Part shown: piece after piece, positions 48,637-58,364 of the stretch
Layout of the letters: the number at the start of each line of letters is the position of its first letter
Position numbering within the stretch: position 1 is the first letter of the stretch
Assembly (NCBI GenBank): GCA_003246755.1
Contig: QKDC01000028.1
Coordinates: 1 to 60,421, forward strand
Length of the DNA: 60,421 nucleotides
DNA from: Gemmatimonadota bacterium
Lineage (GTDB): Bacteria; Gemmatimonadota; Gemmatimonadetes; Gemmatimonadales; GWC2-71-9
Direction of reading: 5' to 3'
Position numbers and translations under genes: made by a program
Notes under the pieces: generated by a model
The model's database searches: none
Seen by the model: only the letters and a program-made list of their open reading frames with translations
Told to the model about the DNA's origin: nothing

Positions 48637-49713
48637 TTACCGGGCCGGAGGCAACCGAACCGCTACGCCCGCGTGGTCCGACGGCCAAATGGCGTAAAAG
48701 GGTCCGGCAATCTTATCGGCGGCTTGTTCTCCCAGGAGATCGACTCGCGCGCCACCCACGAGTTCGCCGTCGCTCGTCATGAAACCGCCGCGAACGAACA
48801 CATAGTCCAGTCGCTTGGTGAACGAGGCCGTGGCGTTGGAAAGATCGGGTGCATGGCAGCAGGTGAGCCCGGGATCTCCTCCGCGGACGGACGTCCAGGT
48901 GTCGATGAACCCATTACCAGTCAACATCGCGTACACCTGACTTCCTGGTTCATCGTTGAGATCACCCATGATGATGACGGGACCAGGCTGGTTGGCAAGT
49001 ATCCCAATCAGTTCCGAGGTCTGTGCGTTGCGTATCAGGGCAGGAATGCCGGTTCCCGACTCGAGGTGCGTACTGAGGATTCGGACATCTTTTCCTGCGA
49101 CCCGAACGTCCGCTGATACCCAGCCACGTCGAATGGTGGTGAAGCCAAGAGGGAGGTCAGCAGAGTAGTTACCACTTCCTGAGGAAATCACTGGTGCTCC
49201 GCGGCGGACGAGCAGCATGTCCTGATCGATGAGTCGTGCCCCGACCGGGGGGACCGTGATGTCGATGTTGACGACGGAGGCGACCACCTCGTAGTACAGT
49301 CCCCTTGCCTCCAGTGCCGCGTCGAGAATCGGCCAGAAGTCCACAACCAAGGGACCCCCGGGTGTGGGAATTTCGATGGTGGAGACCTCCTGCAGCCCAA
49401 CCGCAAGGGGTCCGGTTGTCGCGATTTCCTGTGCCAACCCTTGGGCCCGGACCCCAAAATCCGTCTTCCCGATGTTATCGATGGCCGCCAGGAGGGCCGG
49501 CAGGTCATCCGTTGGGTCCGGGCTGGCGAGTGCGGCGATGACCGCGTCGAGATCGGCTCCGACGTAGAGGTTCCGGGTCATGACGACGAGGGGTGGTGTA
49601 ACCTGTGAGGCCTCGCTCTGGAACTCGGGATTGGGGCCGACGGGGTTGGCGTCCTCGCACGCCGAGGCAAGCAGAACGACGGCGAGGAGACCGAAGGGGA
49701 TTGTTTGCTTCAT
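48637..49713 (-). CDS. Endonuclease/exonuclease/phosphatase family lipoprotein
   Basis: Lipobox ASAC; MTRN, LQEV, THL, GDLN, LDY and SDH motifs. Confidence 0.9.
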   Translation of the reverse strand: MKQTIPFGLLAVVLLASACEDANPVGPNPEFQSEASQVTPPLVVMTRNLYVGADLDAVIAALASPDPTDDLPALLAAIDNIGKTDFGVRAQGLAQEIATTGPLAVGLQEVSTIEIPTPGGPLVVDFWPILDAALEARGLYYEVVASVVNIDITVPPVGARLIDQDMLLVRRGAPVISSGSGNYSADLPLGFTTIRRGWVSADVRVAGKDVRILSTHLESGTGIPALIRNAQTSELIGILANQPGPVIIMGDLNDEPGSQVYAMLTGNGFIDTWTSVRGGDPGLTCCHAPDLSNATASFTKRLDYVFVRGGFMTSDGELVGGARVDLLGEQAADKIAGPFYAIWPSDHAGVAVRLPPAR

Positions 49714-49856
49714 GGGACTGCTCCTGCGTGAGAGTGAAAGAGGGATGGTTCCCATCTCTCGGCACAGGAACAGTTCAGTCAGTGAGTCAAGCCTGCATCA
49801 AGCGCCAGACCCCAGCCTGGGCCTGGCGCTCGTCTCACGGTCTTCGTGGGTGTGAT

Positions 49857-51449
49857 CTAGTTCGAGGGCCCGCCCGCCTGGGCCGCGAGCGCAAGCAACT
49901 CGCGCTGGGTCCGACCCTTCCGCAGGTACTCGAGGGCCATCTGGACCTGGTTGTCGTAGGGCACTTGGCGCCGGAACGCGGTCGAATCGCCGAAGCGCAG
50001 GGTTGCCACCCGCTGCTCGAGTTGGCGCGCCAGAAGCTGCGCTCCAGCCTCATAGGACCCATCGATGTTCGGGACCTCCGCATCTTCGAGCCGGCGATAA
50101 AGGCCCTCGAGCCATTCCGAGGTCACGGTGAAATCCAGGGTCGCCTGGCTCTGAAGTTCCCGAGCGTAGGCATAGATCGTTGCGTAGACTGTGGGCCATT
50201 TCGGCCCGACCGCGCGGAGGAATTCCTGCACCGACTCCGGCAAGGAGTCCTGACGCACCGTGACGTCGGGCGTGATGCCCCCACCACCATAAATCAGGCG
50301 CCCGCCTGACGAATGGAAGATGGGGCGGGCTTTCCGGGCGGAGTCACTCTCCGAAGAGTCAGGTGCGTACTCCACGAACCGACCGTCTTCGAGCTGCGTG
50401 TGCTCCCCTTGGATCGACCGACCACTCGGTGTGTACCACTTACCCGTCGTGAGTTTGATTGCCCACCCGCCTTCGAGCGGGAAGAGCGTCTGAACCAGTC
50501 CCTTCCCGAAGGAGCCCACACCGACCACCAAGGCCCGGTCATGATCCTGGAGCGCCCCCGCGACGATCTCCGAAGCGGAGGCCGAGTAGTTGTCGATCAG
50601 GACGATGATGGAAGTGGAATCGACGATGGACGGCCGGTTGGCGCGATACACTTCCGGCTCCCGTCCACGGTGGCGCACACTGGCAATTTCGGCGCCGGGC
50701 TGAAGGAAGAGGTTGGAGATTTCGAGCGCCTGGTCCAGACTGCCACCCGGGTTGCCTCTGAGGTCGATGATCATGGACCTCGCACCCCGCGCCATCAAAT
50801 CGCGCGTCGCCTTCTCCATCTGAGCGCCGGCAGACTCATTGAACCGCTGGAGCAGCAAGTAGCCGATATCACCGTCGAGCATGAGGGTGAACGGCACGGC
50901 AGGGACCTCGATCACCGCCCGCGTGAACGTCATCTTGATGGGATCCGGCACACCCGCCCGCCCGAAGGTCGCCGACACCGACGTTCCAGCGGGGCCGGTG
51001 AGACGCCCGGAGACCTCATCGATCCGCATCCCCGTGGTCGAGACGGTGTCCACGAGGAGAATGCGATCTCCTGCCTGAACTCCCCCACGCTCACCAGGTG
51101 TGCCAGGGAAGACCTTCGTAACCGTGATCAGACCATCCTGGCTCTCGATCTGCATGCCGATCCCGCCGTAGCGGTTGCCCAGAGTATTGCGCTGAAAGCT
51201 CGAAAGTTGGTCCGGAGAGTACAGGTCGGCGTAGGGATCATTCAACCCCTTCACCAAGCCGCGCGCCGCCTTCTCGTAGATCTCCGCGTTACTCAGGGAA
51301 TCCACGGAGTATTGCTCGACGAATTGCAGCACGCGGGCGAATAATTTGGGGCCGTCAGTGGTCGAAACCTGTCCTTGGAGGACGAAGGCGCCGATGGCCA
51401 GAGGTACCGTGGCCAAACCCAGAATCTTCAGTAACCGCTTGCGGTTCAT
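49857..51449 (-). CDS. ctpA: S41A carboxyl-terminal protease
   Basis: PDZ domain (GIGM), DLRGNPGG, SASASEIVAGALQD, SFGKG-x-VQ, WYTPSGRSI. Confidence 0.93.
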   Translation of the reverse strand: MNRKRLLKILGLATVPLAIGAFVLQGQVSTTDGPKLFARVLQFVEQYSVDSLSNAEIYEKAARGLVKGLNDPYADLYSPDQLSSFQRNTLGNRYGGIGMQIESQDGLITVTKVFPGTPGERGGVQAGDRILLVDTVSTTGMRIDEVSGRLTGPAGTSVSATFGRAGVPDPIKMTFTRAVIEVPAVPFTLMLDGDIGYLLLQRFNESAGAQMEKATRDLMARGARSMIIDLRGNPGGSLDQALEISNLFLQPGAEIASVRHRGREPEVYRANRPSIVDSTSIIVLIDNYSASASEIVAGALQDHDRALVVGVGSFGKGLVQTLFPLEGGWAIKLTTGKWYTPSGRSIQGEHTQLEDGRFVEYAPDSSESDSARKARPIFHSSGGRLIYGGGGITPDVTVRQDSLPESVQEFLRAVGPKWPTVYATIYAYARELQSQATLDFTVTSEWLEGLYRRLEDAEVPNIDGSYEAGAQLLARQLEQRVATLRFGDSTAFRRQVPYDNQVQMALEYLRKGRTQRELLALAAQAGGPSN

Positions 51450-51617
51450 GTACTTATCTCCACTTTGCCGAGGTGGTAATCGAGCCCTGGTCCCCCTCAC
51501 GGGACGATCGGCGCAAGCCCGGCGTGCACTTGGGGCCAGGGAATCTACACCCCTGGACACCATCGCGAGATCTCCCGCAGGAACTACGCCCAGGCACCCC
51601 AACTAGATTCGGATCCC

Positions 51618-52325
51618 ATGTCATTCACCCATTTCATGATCGTTACAGGGGTGGTTGGGCTCGGAGCCATGCTGCAGGGAACCATCGGGTTCGGGTTGGG
51701 TCTGTTCTCCGCGCCGCTCCTGATTCTGATCAACCCTCAACTCGTGCCCGGTCCGCTGCTCGGATCCTCGGCGGTCCTGACCATGCTGCTCGCCCGTCGC
51801 GAGTGGCACGCGGTCGAGAAAGCCGACCTGGGGTGGGCCATCACCGGGCGACTCATCGGCACCGGAATGGCAATGATCGCGTTACTCCTGCTGACGGAGA
51901 ATCGCCTCGAGACTCTCTTTGGTATCCTTGTCCTGAGCGCCGTTGCGGTGACGGCCCTCGGCTTGCATATCCGCCCCGCCCCGAAGGCCCTCACCCTGGT
52001 GGGAACCGCATCCGGGTTCATGGGCACTCTCACCGCCATCGGCGGACCCCCGATGGCTCTCCTCTACCAACACGAAAGCGGTCCTCGCATCCGGGGAACC
52101 CTCTCGGCGTTTTTCGTGGTCGGCGTCTCGTTGTCCCTCCTCGGTCTGACGATCGTCGGTCGTTTCGGTGTGGCGGAGTTGCGCCTGGCGGTTCACCTGA
52201 TTCCAGGAATCGTGCTCGGGTTTCTGATGTCGCGGCACACGGCCCACGCTTTGGGTCGACGCTTCATCCGCCCCGCCGTCCTCGCCGTGGCCACCTTTGC
52301 GGCACTCGCCGTGCTCATCAGGTGA
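51618..52325 (+). CDS. TauE/SafE family membrane protein (second, divergent copy)
   Basis: QG-x-x-GFG-x-x-x-x-x-AP and GGPP motifs; about 8 TM helices. Confidence 0.85.
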   Translation: MSFTHFMIVTGVVGLGAMLQGTIGFGLGLFSAPLLILINPQLVPGPLLGSSAVLTMLLARREWHAVEKADLGWAITGRLIGTGMAMIALLLLTENRLETLFGILVLSAVAVTALGLHIRPAPKALTLVGTASGFMGTLTAIGGPPMALLYQHESGPRIRGTLSAFFVVGVSLSLLGLTIVGRFGVAELRLAVHLIPGIVLGFLMSRHTAHALGRRFIRPAVLAVATFAALAVLIR

Positions 52326-52327
52326 GA

Positions 52328-53728
52328 TCAGGCGCCCTGGATCACTTTCAGCATCTCAGGAATGGTCGGAATCTTGGTGCGTGGTCGTCCGGCGGTTGTC
52401 CCGTTTGCGGTCTCCACGGCATCGAGTCTCGTCCAATCGGCCCAGGTCACCAGTGCTGATTGTCGTGCGCGAAGGAACTTGACGATGGCTTCAGGGTCCT
52501 GTTCTCGTGGCGAAAGCCCCGCCCCTCGCGAAACATCTTCCGCGATGCAGTCGGCGGTTTCGGCCGCATCGGGCTTATTGGTTCCGATCACCCCCGTCGG
52601 TCCGCGCTTGATCCAGCCGGTGACGTAGATCCCGGGAACCCGTAATCCTCCGGGGCATTCGAGCACTCGCCCGGCATCGTTCGGGATCACACCCTTGACG
52701 TCGTCGAACGGCAGCCCGGGGATGGCGACGCCGCGGTAACCCACCGAACGGAAGACCAGTCCCACGGGTATGGTTTCGAACTGATCAACCGGCTCCGCAA
52801 CGAGTCGATTCTGTTTGCCCTCCACCAGACGGTTTCGCTGAAGACGGATCGCCGCGACCGCTCCTGCATCGTCACCGATCAACTCGACGGGTGAGAGGAG
52901 GAAGCGGATCGTGAGTCGGCGGGGTTTGCCCGACGGTGTCCGGTTCGCGAAGTCGGTGAGAATCTCCATTCGTCTTCGCACGGTGGCATCGTCGCTCGCC
53001 GCGAGTGCCGCCTCGCTGAGCGCATCGAGCGTGATCTCGTCTCTCCGGACTGCCACATCTGCACCGATGAGCTCACCGAGCTCCTTGACCTCAGGGTTGG
53101 TGAAAGCCGCCTGAGCCGGTCCCCGCCTGCCGATGAGGAGCACTTCCTTGATGGTGCTCGCGGCGAGTGCGGTGAGTGCGTGGTCGGCCAGGTCTGTGAC
53201 GGCGAGTTCTTCGGGAAGCCGGCACAGGATCCGTGCCACATCGACCGCGACGTTCCCCACGCCAATGACGGCGACTCGTTCGGTGGAAAGATCGAACGCG
53301 CGCGTATGGTAGTCGGGATGGCCATTGTACCAGGCCACGAACTCCGTGGCCGAATGACTTCCGACGAGATGTTCCCCGGGGATGTTCAGTTGACGATCCG
53401 TGGCCGCGCCTGTAGCGAAGCAGACCGCGTGGTAGTGGCACTTCAAGTCATCGAGGCTGATGTGGGTCCCGACGTGGACGTTTCCGAAGAACCGGAACCC
53501 TGGTCTGCCGGCGGTCTTGTCAAAGCTCCGGGTCACGTTCTTGATCTTTTCGTGATCGGGGGCCACTCCATAACGGACCAGGCCATAAGGAGTTGGAAGG
53601 CGCTCGAACAGGTCGACGGTGAGGGGGTGGCCGCTCCGGAGCAGTCTCTCGGCGAGGAAGAACCCCGACGGACCGGCTCCGATCACGGCAACGCGGTGGG
53701 CAGATTGAGGGGGGTGATCGGTCGTCAT
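52328..53728 (-). CDS. Adrenodoxin-reductase-like ferredoxin-NADP+ reductase (FprA type)
   Basis: IGAGPSG, PYGLVRYGVAPDH, FVAWYNGHP, GNVAVDVAR, GWIKRGPTGVIG. Confidence 0.92.
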   Translation of the reverse strand: MTTDHPPQSAHRVAVIGAGPSGFFLAERLLRSGHPLTVDLFERLPTPYGLVRYGVAPDHEKIKNVTRSFDKTAGRPGFRFFGNVHVGTHISLDDLKCHYHAVCFATGAATDRQLNIPGEHLVGSHSATEFVAWYNGHPDYHTRAFDLSTERVAVIGVGNVAVDVARILCRLPEELAVTDLADHALTALAASTIKEVLLIGRRGPAQAAFTNPEVKELGELIGADVAVRRDEITLDALSEAALAASDDATVRRRMEILTDFANRTPSGKPRRLTIRFLLSPVELIGDDAGAVAAIRLQRNRLVEGKQNRLVAEPVDQFETIPVGLVFRSVGYRGVAIPGLPFDDVKGVIPNDAGRVLECPGGLRVPGIYVTGWIKRGPTGVIGTNKPDAAETADCIAEDVSRGAGLSPREQDPEAIVKFLRARQSALVTWADWTRLDAVETANGTTAGRPRTKIPTIPEMLKVIQGA

Positions 53729-53852
53729 GAAACTCCGGTTTCCTGGTGACGGGATAAGGTAATTCGGGGGCCCACGCATTGCGCGAACGGGCCTTTCTTC
53801 CCATCGTTAGATAGCGTCCGCACTGCACTAACCTTCAAGCCCGGGAGGAAGC

Positions 53853-54146
53853 GTGACCAAGGAAGAATTCGCCGAGAAGCTTGCCAAGAAGTGCGACCTC
53901 TCGAAAGCCAAAGCGACCGAGGTCCTCGACACCATCTTCAGCACCAAGCCCCGAGAGGGGATCATCGCCACCGAACTCGATGCTGGACGTGACTTCTCCA
54001 TTGTCGGATTCGGGTCCTTCCGCACCCGGAAGACCAAGGCGCGCAAGGGGCGTAACCCAAGAACTGGCAAGGAGATCATGATCTCCGCCCGCAAGGTCGT
54101 CGCGTTCCGACCCGGGCAAGGGCTGAAGGACCGCGTTCGCGAGTAG
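53853..54146 (+). CDS. hup: DNA-binding protein HU
   Basis: MTKEE..., GFGSF, ARKGRNPRTG, FRPG; GGAGG Shine-Dalgarno. Confidence 0.95.
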   Translation: MTKEEFAEKLAKKCDLSKAKATEVLDTIFSTKPREGIIATELDAGRDFSIVGFGSFRTRKTKARKGRNPRTGKEIMISARKVVAFRPGQGLKDRVRE

Positions 54147-54168
54147 GGAAGGGGTCGCCGGGAATCAG

Positions 54169-54200
54169 GGGGTCGGGCAGACGCCCGACCCCTTTCTGTT
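54169..54200 (+). terminator. Intrinsic terminator after hup
   Basis: 10-bp stem GGGGTCGGGC/GCCCGACCCC, loop AGAC, followed by TTTCTGTT. Confidence 0.8.
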
Positions 54201-54233
54201 CTTGAGTGGTGATCTGCAGGCCTTCCCGAGGCC

Positions 54234-55979
54234 CTAGTACCGCCAACTCGTCGTGTCAGCCCCAGGGGGGTGATTGCGCCGAATCTGGTCCATGACCCTG
54301 GGGATGAACATTTGGGGATACCGCAGCCGCGAGAAGGCGTTTCCCCGGGAATGATCTCCGTTCCAGCAGTGCTCGGCCCGGTCACCGTAGTCCACCTCGG
54401 CGTCTGCGGAGGGGGCCGCGGTCTCCAGAAACTCCTCCACCAGGTAGACGGCATTGTTCAAGTAGTAGTTGTCCATGTCCCCAACGTAGATGTGGAGCTT
54501 GCCACGGAGCTTGGGGCCCAAGGTCTGCCAGTCGCGACGGAGGATCCAGGAGAGGTCATAGTGCTCCTTCCAGTAGGCTGCAACTTCGGAATCGATGCGC
54601 CCCGTACTCTTGTCCCAGATGGGTTGGGGATACCCATCCGGTCCGACCGGGGAATAGACCGCCTGCCAGATATCCCATTGATCGCCTGACCGTCCCTTGG
54701 TTCCCAAGACCAATTCACGACGGTTCATGTCCTGGAGGGTGGCAGTCACCGCCCCGAGCCCATTGCGCATTCCGGGGCGCGGAGTGCGCTTCCATTGGCT
54801 GGTGACGTAGTAGGCGTTGGTGTCTTCGTAGATGTTGACCTGGGTGTACGCACGAAAGTCGATCGGGTCGGGGCAGGCAATCCAGGCGCCGTTGAAGTCG
54901 TCGGGATAAAACATCTGCACCGCCATCGCTTCCCACCCCCCCGTTGATCCACCATAGGTGAACCTGGCCCAGCCTTCTCCCAAGCCGCGGAACCGCCGCT
55001 CGATTTCGGGAACCAGTTCCCGCATGATGGCATCACCGTACGGCCCGTTGTTCTCGGAGTTGACGGCGTAGGAATCATCGTAATACGGGGTGGGATGCTG
55101 GATCTGCACCAGCAATACCCGTGGAAATCCCGACCCAGTCCAATCGCGATAGAACTGGTGCGCGAATTCCTGCTGGATACGATTGTAGCAATCGAGTTGA
55201 AACCGAGTACTGAATGCACACTCGAGATCTGCCTCGGCCGGCTCGGGTCGGAAGTCCTCGAAGTCATAAGGGAAATGCCCATGGTCGATGACCAGCGGGT
55301 ATCGCGCCTCGGGGTGCTCTTCGAAACCCGCGGGCAGCAACACATGGGCACCTAAATACATCGGGCGCCCCCAGAACTCCGTCAGCAGCTTGCTCTGAAT
55401 CCGGAGGTGTTTGACAAACGGAGTCTCACTCGGGGGGGGGATCGGCGGAATGACCTGATCGAGTCCGAGCGGAATCTCGGCGTTCCCACCGGGGTCGAGG
55501 CTGAGGTTGATGGGCCTGCTGTACAGATTACCGGGTTTCCGAGCCCACTGCTGACCCTCTCCCCGATCTGGGGGTAGTTTCACCGTGTAGCCGTCTGCCC
55601 GACGAAAGGTCTCATACCGGTTGAGCAAAGCCTGAACCCGGTAACGGCCCGCCGGAAGACTCGCGAGATTGTCGATCGGATAGCCAAGGACCTGATCATC
55701 GATGACCGCTGATTCATCGGGCCTGAGGCCATCCACGTCGACTCCAAAAATCAGCTGAGTATCCGGTCCGTCGTTGATCTGGAATCTGGGTTCGCCGGTC
55801 GTGTCACTGGAGAGGATGAGCAGCAGGCGGCCGTCGAGGGGGGCCGGACTGAGTTCTCCGGGGAAGCTCACGACAAACCTGAGACCGACAGGTGCCTGTG
55901 ACGTCGAGGCGGCCGCAGCGAGGAAGAGCAGAATCGGCATGCCGAGGACAGGGATGATCCAACGGGTCGTGCGGGTCAT
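54234..55979 (-). CDS. Exported alpha/beta-hydrolase (putative esterase)
   Basis: Signal peptide; SKLLTEFWGR...VLLP; nucleophile elbow GGSTGG; GDMDNY; EHCW. Confidence 0.8.
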   Translation of the reverse strand: MTRTTRWIIPVLGMPILLFLAAAASTSQAPVGLRFVVSFPGELSPAPLDGRLLLILSSDTTGEPRFQINDGPDTQLIFGVDVDGLRPDESAVIDDQVLGYPIDNLASLPAGRYRVQALLNRYETFRRADGYTVKLPPDRGEGQQWARKPGNLYSRPINLSLDPGGNAEIPLGLDQVIPPIPPPSETPFVKHLRIQSKLLTEFWGRPMYLGAHVLLPAGFEEHPEARYPLVIDHGHFPYDFEDFRPEPAEADLECAFSTRFQLDCYNRIQQEFAHQFYRDWTGSGFPRVLLVQIQHPTPYYDDSYAVNSENNGPYGDAIMRELVPEIERRFRGLGEGWARFTYGGSTGGWEAMAVQMFYPDDFNGAWIACPDPIDFRAYTQVNIYEDTNAYYVTSQWKRTPRPGMRNGLGAVTATLQDMNRRELVLGTKGRSGDQWDIWQAVYSPVGPDGYPQPIWDKSTGRIDSEVAAYWKEHYDLSWILRRDWQTLGPKLRGKLHIYVGDMDNYYLNNAVYLVEEFLETAAPSADAEVDYGDRAEHCWNGDHSRGNAFSRLRYPQMFIPRVMDQIRRNHPPGADTTSWRY

Positions 55980-56070
55980 GGGGACGCTCCGTTCGAGAAC
56001 AGCGATCCAGCAGTCACGTTAATATGGATTCGTCAGGAATGATGCCCCTCTTCATCGAGGTCACGAGCGC

Positions 56071-57750
56071 ATGAAACGAGACGATCCCGACGTTTGCATC
56101 ATCGGCTCTGGCGCCGGTGGAGGTATGGCCGCCTATATGCTGACTCAGGCGGGGGCCAAAGTTGTTGTGCTTGAAGCGGGCCCACTGTGGTGGCCGGAAC
56201 AGGATTCCGCGATGTTCACCTGGAACTACCAGACGCCGAGGCGGGGATCCGGGACCAGGCTGCGACCCTTCGGCGAGTTTGATGCGGGTGATGGTGGTTG
56301 GGATATCGAAGGGGAACCGTACACGCGTGCCCCTGGGACCCAGTTCGACTGGTATCGCGGTCGGATGCTCGGTGGGCGGACCAACCACTGGGGACGCATC
56401 TCCCTCCGGTTTGGACCTGATGATTTCCGACGAAGGAGTCTCGACGGCCTGGGTGACGATTGGCCCATCGGGTACGAGGATGTTCAACCGTACTATGACC
56501 GGGTGGACCGCCTCATCGGGATCTTCGGGAGCGTGGAGAATCTTCCGAACGAACCCGACGGCATCTTCCTCCCGCCACCGGAACCCCGATGCTGGGAACG
56601 TCTGGTACAAGCGACCGCCCGCCGGCTCGACCTCACCATCATCCCTTCCCGACTCTCGATCCTGACCCGGCCACACAATGGCCGCCCGGCGTGTCATTAC
56701 TGTGGCCAGTGCAATCGCGGATGCCAGGCCAATGCGAATTTTTCTTCACCGGGAGTCCTCCTGCGTCCCGCCCTCGAGACCGGTCGCCTGACCATCATCC
56801 CCGAAGCGATGGCGCGGGAGATCCGGGTCGACGCCCGGGGTCGCGCGAGCGGCGTGTCCTATGTCGACAAGCCCTCTGGGGAGGACCGGGAGATTCGGGC
56901 TCGGGTGGTCGTGTTGGCCGCAAGTGCCTGCGAGTCAGCCCGTCTCCTGCTCAACTCGAAACCCGCTGGAGCCCCCCATGGGCTGGCCAATGGGAGCGGT
57001 ACGGTAGGGAAGTATCTCACCGACACCACGGGGGCGGACATGGGGGCCTTCGTGCCTCAGCTCATGGACGTGCCCTCGCACAACTGCGACGGTGTCGGGG
57101 GTGCGCATCTCTATTTCCCGTGGGTCAAGGACAACAAGAGCCTCGATTTTCCTCGGGGTTACCACATCGAAATCTGGGGGGGGCGTGGGATGCCCGGAGC
57201 CGGAGCGATGGGAGGGGTCCAGAACTATCCCATCGGTGGAGGGTACGGACAGACCCTCAAGGATGCCTACCGGTCGTACTACGGGTCGGTGGTGGGGTTC
57301 AGCGGACGAGGGGAACAGATACCGAACCAGGACTGTTACTGCGAAATCGACCCCCATGTGGTGGATCGTTGGGGTATACCGGTCTTGCGCTTCCACTGGA
57401 AATGGTCCGAGCATGAAGTCCGGCAGGTCAGGCATATGCAGGAGACATTCGCTTCTCTGATCGAAGCGATGGGAGGTACGCCCCTCTGGTCCGCGGGCCC
57501 GAGCAATGACTGGGGCTTGGCGACGGGAGGTCGAATCATCCATGAACTGGGGACGACGCGTATGGGTAACGATCCCGGCACCTCGGTGGTGAACCGTTTC
57601 TGCCAAACCCACGAAATCCCGAACCTCTTCATCGCGGATGGCGGTCCCTTTGTCTCTCAAGCAGACAAGAACCCGACCTGGACGATCCTCGCGCTCGCTA
57701 TGCGGACCAGCGAGTACATCAGTGAAGAGATGCGGCGAGGTGCTCTATGA
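56071..57750 (+). CDS. GMC family flavoprotein oxidoreductase (glycoside-3-dehydrogenase-like large subunit)
   Basis: IGSGAGG, LGGRTNHWGR, CHYCGQCNRGC, HELGTTRMG, NPTWTILALA. Confidence 0.9.
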   Translation: MKRDDPDVCIIGSGAGGGMAAYMLTQAGAKVVVLEAGPLWWPEQDSAMFTWNYQTPRRGSGTRLRPFGEFDAGDGGWDIEGEPYTRAPGTQFDWYRGRMLGGRTNHWGRISLRFGPDDFRRRSLDGLGDDWPIGYEDVQPYYDRVDRLIGIFGSVENLPNEPDGIFLPPPEPRCWERLVQATARRLDLTIIPSRLSILTRPHNGRPACHYCGQCNRGCQANANFSSPGVLLRPALETGRLTIIPEAMAREIRVDARGRASGVSYVDKPSGEDREIRARVVVLAASACESARLLLNSKPAGAPHGLANGSGTVGKYLTDTTGADMGAFVPQLMDVPSHNCDGVGGAHLYFPWVKDNKSLDFPRGYHIEIWGGRGMPGAGAMGGVQNYPIGGGYGQTLKDAYRSYYGSVVGFSGRGEQIPNQDCYCEIDPHVVDRWGIPVLRFHWKWSEHEVRQVRHMQETFASLIEAMGGTPLWSAGPSNDWGLATGGRIIHELGTTRMGNDPGTSVVNRFCQTHEIPNLFIADGGPFVSQADKNPTWTILALAMRTSEYISEEMRRGAL

Positions 57751-58337
57751 GACTGGAACGCCGTACCCTACTGCAAATGTTGGCGGCCTCCCCGCTTCCT
57801 GCACTGCTGGGTGTCTCGCCTGCGGTTCTCGAACGTGCCTTGCGAGTGAGTGGTCGTGCCCGAACACAAGAACTTGGTCACTACGCCCCAACCTTCTTCA
57901 ACCCCTCCGAGTGGGAGACCGTACGACTGCTCGCCGACCTCATCATTCCCCGTGACGATCGATCGGGTTCGGCGACCGACGCCGGCGCACCGGAGTTCAT
58001 GGACTATGTGCTTGCCGAGGGATCAGAGTCGCAGCAGGTGGCGATCCGGGGTGGCCTCAGCTGGCTCGATCGCGAATGCCGCGCACGATATGGAAGCCGA
58101 TTCTACGACGCAACGCCGACCGAACGCACCGAGATGCTCAACGCCATCGCTTGGCCGGATCGGAGCGCCCCGTCGGTGAGTCCGGGCGTGGCGTTCTTCA
58201 ATCGCTTTCGCGATCTCGTGGCCAGCGGGTTCTGGTCGAGCGAGATCGGGGTGAAGGATGTCGGGTACGTCGGGAACGCATTCGTCACCTCATGGACGGG
58301 TTGCCCGGAGGAGGCTCGGCGCAAAATCGGATTGTAG
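57747..58337 (+). CDS. Gluconate 2-dehydrogenase subunit 3 family (Tat hitch-hiker subunit)
   Basis: Twin-Arg ERRTLL; LADLIIP-x-D-x-x-SGSA; GFWSSEIG; ATGA overlap with the GMC gene. Confidence 0.88.
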   Translation: MRLERRTLLQMLAASPLPALLGVSPAVLERALRVSGRARTQELGHYAPTFFNPSEWETVRLLADLIIPRDDRSGSATDAGAPEFMDYVLAEGSESQQVAIRGGLSWLDRECRARYGSRFYDATPTERTEMLNAIAWPDRSAPSVSPGVAFFNRFRDLVASGFWSSEIGVKDVGYVGNAFVTSWTGCPEEARRKIGL

Positions 58338-58364
58338 AAGACCCTTCACATCGTCTCAACAGCA

